From contig PFRS01000005.1 in the NCBI GenBank assembly GCA_002788675.1, forward strand, positions 314,635 to 378,634: 64,000 nucleotides of DNA, given 5' to 3'. The position numbers and the translations under genes were made by a program. Below, piece by piece: positions 57,677 through 64,000 of this stretch. This DNA is from Candidatus Pacebacteria bacterium CG_4_9_14_0_2_um_filter_40_15 (GTDB lineage: Bacteria; Patescibacteriota; Microgenomatia; UBA1400; PJMF01). The notes beneath the pieces are model-generated. The model saw only the letters and a program-made list of their open reading frames with translations. It searched no databases and was not told where the DNA came from. Numbering within the stretch: position 1 is the first letter of the stretch; every line of letters begins with the position of its first letter.

Positions 57677-60301
57677 CTATTTTAACTTCTTTTGTAATTT
57701 TTCGAGCGTCTTAAAAGCTTCTATTGGAGTGAGTGTATTCAAATTAACTGCTGCCAACTCTCTCAAAAGAGTAGCCTCAGAGGCATTTTTATTTGGTGAT
57801 ACATTTCCAATCTGAGCACCCTGCACGGACTGTGCTTCTAACTCAATTAAAATATGTTCAGCTCTTAGGGTGACTTTTGCGGGCACGCCTGCCATCTTAG
57901 CAACTGCCACACCAAAGCTGTGGGAGGCCCCACCAGCTAACACTGTGTGTAAAAAGGTTGGAGGTTCAGTTGTATCATCAATTGCCATGTGCACATTTTT
58001 AATACTTTTGGGGAAAAGTTCTTCAAGCTGCTGAAGTTCATGATAGTGTGTTGCAAATAATGTTTTAGGTCGACTCTTGGTATCTGAAACTAAAAACTCA
58101 GCAATTGCCCAAGCCAAACTAATACCATCGTAGGTACTCGTGCCTCGACCAATTTCATCCATAATAATTAAGCTCTTGCTGGTGGCATGATTTAAGATTG
58201 ATGCGGCTTCAACCATCTCCACCATAAAAGTTGACATGCCTGACGTAATAAAATCAGAGGCACCGCTTCTTACAAAAATTCTATCAACTAGGCTAATATG
58301 TGCATCCCTAGCTGGAACAAAGCTACCCATGTGTGCCATCAGCACAATCAAGGCAACCTGCCGCATGTACACAGACTTTCCGGCCATATTCGGACCAGTT
58401 ATCAGGAGTAGTTGATGTTCAGAGCCATCAAGCAGTGCATCATTGGGTACAAATCTACCTCGTTCGTGAATACTCTCAACTACTGCGTGCCGGCCTTCTG
58501 TTATGCGAATTTCATCACTTAAACCTACTACTGGCTTACAGTACCTTTTTTCAATGGCAGTTTGTGCAAAACTTGCCAAACAATCTACTTGCGCTGCGGC
58601 AGTTGCTGCCTCTTGTAGCTGTGCTAAGTAGGTCATTGTTGTAGTAACTATAGTTGCAAACAAGCCAACCTCAATTTTTTCAATCTGTTCTTCAGCCGTG
58701 AGAATTTTTTCTTCGTACTCTTTAAGTTCAGGCGTAATAAATCGTTCTGCGTTTACCAAGGTTTGTTTGCGATCATACTCTTTGGGTACCTGAGCCAGAT
58801 ACGATTTACTAATCTCAATATAATAGCCAAACACTTTATTGCTCTTAACCTTAAGCGTGATTATACCTGTCTTCTTTCGCTGAGCTGCTTCATACTCAAC
58901 AAGCCAAGCTTTGTCTCCTGACTGAAGTTTTCTGAGCTCATCAAGTTCCACATCAACACCAGCCGCAATCACCCCACCCTTTTTAACGTCTACTCTAGGA
59001 TCCTCTAAAAGGTTGTCATCCAAGTACTTCACAAGTTTCTCTATATCTTCAGGCATATGTCTCATCACCTCTGAAAGCAGTGGAGAACTGCATTTTTGCA
59101 ATGTCAGTTTACAGTTCAAAACTTCAAGTAGTGAATGTTTAAGTCTAATTAACTCTGGAGGCACCCCTAAACCAACTGAAAAGCGAGCCAAAATTCTTTC
59201 AATATCGTACATTCTAGACAGATTCTGTTGCAGCTCTTCGCGCAAATATTGGTTCGAAGCCAACTCATCCACCGCATCTAACCTCTGCTGAATACTCTTT
59301 TTTTGTGTGAGTGGCTCAACAAGCCACCTACGGAGCAAACGTGCGCCCACAGCACTTTTTGTGGCATCAATGGTATCAAGGAGCGAGCCTTTTTTATTTC
59401 CTTCACGAATGGTAGAAAATAACTCTAAATTTGAAATGGTTGATCGATCTAAAATTACAGCTTGAGCTTGCGAAAGTGCGTGAGGTGCCTGCAAATGTTG
59501 TACATCCATCTTTTGTGTGGTGCTCACATAAGCAAGAATAGCAGAACAAGCACGTTGCGCTTCAACCTTGTTCTCAATTCCAAATCCTGAAAGAGTGGTG
59601 ACTTTAAAGAACGAAGTTAATTGTTTTTTTGCATCCGAAGTTGCACTTTCCCACTCATGAAACACCGTCACGTTACAGTTTTCATACTCCGACAGAGTAG
59701 AAATAATCTCGTAGTTTGCATACTCAGTGGGTGAAACTAAAACTTCTCGAGGTTCATAGGTAACTAGAATGCCATCAAGCTCTTTTTGCCAGCCATCACG
59801 AGCTATCTCACAAGTGAAGAAGCTTCCAGTAGAGATATCAGCTAAAGCACAACCAACTTTTTTTGCTCCAAAAGAAATCGCACATAAATAATTATTCTTT
59901 CTTGAATGCAAAGAAGCGTCACTCATCACAGTGCCCGGAGTCACTATGCGAATAACTTCACGCTCCACAATACCTTTTTTGTCTGGCTCTGACATCTGTT
60001 CACAAATTGCTACTTTGTACCCTGCTCCAACCAGTTTGGCTAAATATGAATCTGCTGCATGAAAAGGAACACCTGCCATCGGAACGTGACCATCCTTACC
60101 TCGTGGCCGAGCGGTAAGAGTAATGCCCAAAACTCGAGCACCGACTTCAGCATCGTCTAAAAACAATTCGTAAAAGTCACCTAATCTGAAAAACAGCATA
60201 CAGTCGGGGTACTGGGCCTTTATATCCATGTACTGCTGCATCATTGGTGTCTGAAAATCTCGCATACGTATTTCACTATAGCACGCAGAGATATAATTCA
60301 A
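57677..60301 (-). CDS. mutS: DNA mismatch repair protein MutS
   Basis: The mismatch-binding N-terminus reads TPMMQQY...FYELF. The Walker A is GPNMAGKS, and the signature is ST(F/Y)..E. The gap to mutL is 1 nt. Confidence 0.9.
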   Translation of the reverse strand: MNYISACYSEIRMRDFQTPMMQQYMDIKAQYPDCMLFFRLGDFYELFLDDAEVGARVLGITLTARPRGKDGHVPMAGVPFHAADSYLAKLVGAGYKVAICEQMSEPDKKGIVEREVIRIVTPGTVMSDASLHSRKNNYLCAISFGAKKVGCALADISTGSFFTCEIARDGWQKELDGILVTYEPREVLVSPTEYANYEIISTLSEYENCNVTVFHEWESATSDAKKQLTSFFKVTTLSGFGIENKVEAQRACSAILAYVSTTQKMDVQHLQAPHALSQAQAVILDRSTISNLELFSTIREGNKKGSLLDTIDATKSAVGARLLRRWLVEPLTQKKSIQQRLDAVDELASNQYLREELQQNLSRMYDIERILARFSVGLGVPPELIRLKHSLLEVLNCKLTLQKCSSPLLSEVMRHMPEDIEKLVKYLDDNLLEDPRVDVKKGGVIAAGVDVELDELRKLQSGDKAWLVEYEAAQRKKTGIITLKVKSNKVFGYYIEISKSYLAQVPKEYDRKQTLVNAERFITPELKEYEEKILTAEEQIEKIEVGLFATIVTTTMTYLAQLQEAATAAAQVDCLASFAQTAIEKRYCKPVVGLSDEIRITEGRHAVVESIHERGRFVPNDALLDGSEHQLLLITGPNMAGKSVYMRQVALIVLMAHMGSFVPARDAHISLVDRIFVRSGASDFITSGMSTFMVEMVEAASILNHATSKSLIIMDEIGRGTSTYDGISLAWAIAEFLVSDTKSRPKTLFATHYHELQQLEELFPKSIKNVHMAIDDTTEPPTFLHTVLAGGASHSFGVAVAKMAGVPAKVTLRAEHILIELEAQSVQGAQIGNVSPNKNASEATLLRELAAVNLNTLTPIEAFKTLEKLQKKLK

Positions 60302-60326
60302 AGTGGGTCAATAAGTGAGAATTTTT

Positions 60327-60773
60327 TTACTGTAATTCGGATTTAAGAATTGCGATATCATCTATGGTAACAAGTGCCAGTGGCAACTGTTCAGCCTCTT
60401 CAAGACTAAACCAACCAATTTGATCACATTTTTCTAGCTCACAGTTGCGTGGTGTCCCACTCACAATGCGACACAAAAAAGTTTGTGCTACCCAATGCTG
60501 GTGCTCTTCGGGCAAAATATTGTCGACAATGTTGAATCTTTTTATAACGGAAACAGTCACTCCAAACTCTTCCATCACTTCCCTGTGGAGTGCTTCTTCT
60601 AAAGTTTCTCCAAACTCCACAGCTCCTCCAGGAATTTCCCACTTACCACGTTCATTTTTTGCTTTTTGACTTCGCAGAGCAAGAAACACTTTGTTTTCTT
60701 CGTTTGAAATGAGCGCACCAACACCAACACCGATACAATCTATACCAATTTTGCATACATTATTTGCAAACAT
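60327..60773 (-). CDS. NUDIX hydrolase (MutT-like)
   Basis: The Nudix box is GGAVEFGETLEEALHREVMEEFG. Confidence 0.75.
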   Translation of the reverse strand: MFANNVCKIGIDCIGVGVGALISNEENKVFLALRSQKAKNERGKWEIPGGAVEFGETLEEALHREVMEEFGVTVSVIKRFNIVDNILPEEHQHWVAQTFLCRIVSGTPRNCELEKCDQIGWFSLEEAEQLPLALVTIDDIAILKSELQ

Positions 60774-60993
60774 TATCAGTCCTTTCAAAGACTTTTTCTT
60801 TTGAAGTCAGTCCAGCAGAAAGCGTGAGTTCACTCTTTTTTATTCCCAAGTGCTTAGCTAACAGTGCAATCACTGCTTTATTAGCTTTACCTTTTTCTGG
60901 TGCCGCAGTGGTCCAAACCTTGTAAGAGGCATCAGACACTGTCTCAACTTTTGACTTTTTTGCACCGGGAACTACCCGCACTGATATATACAT
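60760..60993 (-). CDS. DUF167/YggU-family protein (UPF0235)
   Basis: The small protein has VRVVPGAKKSKVE...KGKANKAVIALLAKHLG, which is typical of YggU. Confidence 0.55.
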   Translation of the reverse strand: MYISVRVVPGAKKSKVETVSDASYKVWTTAAPEKGKANKAVIALLAKHLGIKKSELTLSAGLTSKEKVFERTDNVCK

Positions 60994-61030
60994 AGTTGGT
61001 TTATATCACACAAACTTGTGTGGTGCAGGT

Positions 61031-62029
61031 TTAGTGTACTGCTTCAACCTCTGCGGCTGGGTGTCCGAATGGAATTAAGTAGGTTACAGATTCATTAGGA
61101 TCTAAACCAAGCTCTGAAACCACTGAGTCAGAACTAAATCCACCGGTCACCACAGTGCCTAAACCAAGGCTTTCTGCCTGCAGATACAGATTTTGACCAA
61201 TATGTCCTGCTTCTAAATCAGCATTCATCTCAGCAGAATCCGGGAATTTTGCTTCAGATTTAGCGTAAGCTGTAGAAAGCACTATCACAACCGGCGCATT
61301 TTGTGAGTTATCTTGCACCTTAGCTGCATTAAGTTTATCACCAGCATCCGCTACACCCATATCTGAGAGTGAATGTGTTGCAGGCTCGTATCTATAAAGT
61401 CCAGGTTCAACACCCTCGACATTTCGCACAACCGCATAAAGTGTATGAGGATATGTTCCTCGACCAGATGGAGCAGCTCTATGGCCACTTTCATCAGTCT
61501 GTCCTTGTCCTGCCCACAGCATTTGTGACAAGTCAGCAATTGAAATAGCATCCTGAGTATATGCGCGCTTACTTCTTCTTATTGCAATTGCTTCTTCGAC
61601 AGGCATGCCTTTGAGCATTTCAGGTTCAGGTAATTCGACAGTCCCAACAGATGGAAGCATCTCTGGCATAACATACTGCAGTGCAGCTACTTCTTCCGTC
61701 TGCTCTGACTCGTCCATCACAACTGGACTCATAACCTCAGTTTTTTGCATTTCAGTAAACCAAAGCGTAAAGAACAATACAGAAATTCCAAGCAAAAAGA
61801 GGGACACAAAAGAGAGAACCTCAGGTCTCATGTGACGTGTATCCTTTACTTCAGTATGTACTGCTGGAGGTGCAATCTTTGGTGTAACAGCACCTGTCCC
61901 TTGTGCTTCAGATTGGATTGGAGTTTCAGACATAGTTCCTTCTACTTGATATATTTTATATACAAAATTAACAACACCTATCACAAAGATGTCACTCTCT
62001 ATTAAAGACTTTTTCAAAGCCAGAGTCAA
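61031..62029 (-). CDS. membrane-anchored nitroreductase-superfamily protein (SagB/ThcOx-like dehydrogenase domain)
   Basis: A single TM helix is followed by a C-terminal nitroreductase fold (AIRRSKRAY...MLWAGQG...GLGTVVTGGF). Confidence 0.5.
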   Translation of the reverse strand: MTLALKKSLIESDIFVIGVVNFVYKIYQVEGTMSETPIQSEAQGTGAVTPKIAPPAVHTEVKDTRHMRPEVLSFVSLFLLGISVLFFTLWFTEMQKTEVMSPVVMDESEQTEEVAALQYVMPEMLPSVGTVELPEPEMLKGMPVEEAIAIRRSKRAYTQDAISIADLSQMLWAGQGQTDESGHRAAPSGRGTYPHTLYAVVRNVEGVEPGLYRYEPATHSLSDMGVADAGDKLNAAKVQDNSQNAPVVIVLSTAYAKSEAKFPDSAEMNADLEAGHIGQNLYLQAESLGLGTVVTGGFSSDSVVSELGLDPNESVTYLIPFGHPAAEVEAVH

Positions 62030-62061
62030 GCAGTACCAAAAGCAAAAATAACTATATGAAG

Positions 62062-63360
<1,299 letters not shown>

Positions 63361-63554
63361 CTATTAACTAATTATGTGCTGCTAGCTACTACTATAGTAT
63401 GAACCTACCATAATCACAATCTTTTTTCTGAAATAGTTGAGTGAAAGTTGCTGCCGGCAGATGTCCTCAATGGGGATCTGTTATAATGAAACAGATTGAT
63501 ATCCCCGTTTACGCTTATTTACGTTACTCTTGCAGATTTCTCTAGGAAGGACTG

Positions 63555-64000
63555 ATGTCACAATTAATCTATCAATTCTATTCCCCAAAAGGGTTACAGA
63601 AAAATAAAAATGTTAGTAACAGTTCTCGGCTGGTACTCGTTGAAGCTGAAAAATATGGAGTCGAATGGAATATCCTTCCCGGCACACAAATAATTACCCT
63701 AACTTACAACGGTAAAACGCAAACGTACTACCATCAGGTTCCCTCTGCTACGACTGCACTTGCAATTTATTCTACCCAAAATAAACGTACAACGTCATAC
63801 TTACTTCAAAATGCAGGTATATCTGTGCCAAAGGGTTATCGCATTAAGAAGTCCGCATCACAAGAGTACCTACACTCACTCTTTGATAATCTTCAAAAAC
63901 CGCTTGTGGTAAAACCTAGTGATGGCACCTGGGGCGAAAACATAACTGTTAACATACAATCATTTGAAGAATTTACTCAGGCCATTCAAGTTGCTTTTCA
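63555..64000 (+). CDS. ATP-grasp family protein (RimK/cyanophycin-synthetase-like), N-terminal part; 3' end outside window
   Basis: An AGGAAGG RBS precedes the ATG at 63555. The N-terminal pre-ATP-grasp region has a VKPSDGTWG block in the position where the GxxG(K/R) motif of ATP-grasp ligases falls. The gene is truncated at the window end. Confidence 0.4.
   Translation, partial: MSQLIYQFYSPKGLQKNKNVSNSSRLVLVEAEKYGVEWNILPGTQIITLTYNGKTQTYYHQVPSATTALAIYSTQNKRTTSYLLQNAGISVPKGYRIKKSASQEYLHSLFDNLQKPLVVKPSDGTWGENITVNIQSFEEFTQAIQVAF

Noticed and set aside
61351-62005. Three short ORFs (66 to 86 aa) within or antisense to the SagB-like gene
   Set aside because: They are embedded in a longer ORF with a nitroreductase fold, so they are spurious.

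Overview
This 64-kb window comes from a low-GC bacterium with short genes. One tRNA gene lacks an encoded CCA, and small DUF-type genes are frequent. Together these suggest a reduced-genome lineage such as Patescibacteria, but that guess cannot be tested from sequence alone. Most of the window is ordinary chromosome. Left to right the recognisable features are:
- an RsmB-family rRNA methyltransferase fragment and a nitroreductase;
- a CpxP/ZraP-like LTXXQ periplasmic protein with an adjacent histidine kinase and OmpR-type regulator;
- typA/bipA;
- a copper-resistance locus (ArsR-TRASH regulator, copA, a membrane protein with a cupredoxin domain, copZ);
- hflX, a SAM-dependent rRNA methyltransferase, a GT2 glycosyltransferase and an ABC-F ATPase;
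- about 12 kb of small stress and DUF genes, all on the minus strand, including an ArsR, thioredoxin-like protein and permease operon;
- rpoD, a solo IS200-type transposase, gdhA, trxB, trxA, a CsoR/CstR-family repressor with a GC palindrome upstream, and dnaG;
- mutS, mutL, Nudix hydrolases, enolase, and the start of an ATP-grasp gene.

The most interesting stretch is an AT-rich island of roughly 9 to 11 kb. Its left edge is undefined; the cargo operon begins near 32.5 kb, and the island ends at tRNA-Asn(GTT) at 41.8 kb. A large serine recombinase gene sits there, and its stop codon overlaps the 3' end of the tRNA. Beside it are a primase-polymerase gene with a CHC2 zinc finger and several small DNA-binding proteins. 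The cargo is a five-gene minus-strand operon at 32530 to 37179, transcribed divergently from an XRE-family HTH gene. It encodes:
- a small cysteine-rich membrane protein;
- a 270-aa protein whose N-terminus has a proteasome beta-subunit, Anbu or HslV-like Ntn-hydrolase signature (Thr at residue 2, Asp about 17 residues later, and a Lys-Ile...Gly-x-x-Gly-Asp block);
- a 223-aa protein of unknown function;
- a 608-aa protein with His-Gly and Ala-Cys motifs reminiscent of a caspase or CHAT-like catalytic dyad;
- a 298-aa protein with N-terminal transmembrane helices.

I read this operon as a candidate undescribed protease-based defense or abortive-infection module carried on an integrative element. 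This is inference from motifs, not from searches. No CRISPR arrays or rRNA genes were found.
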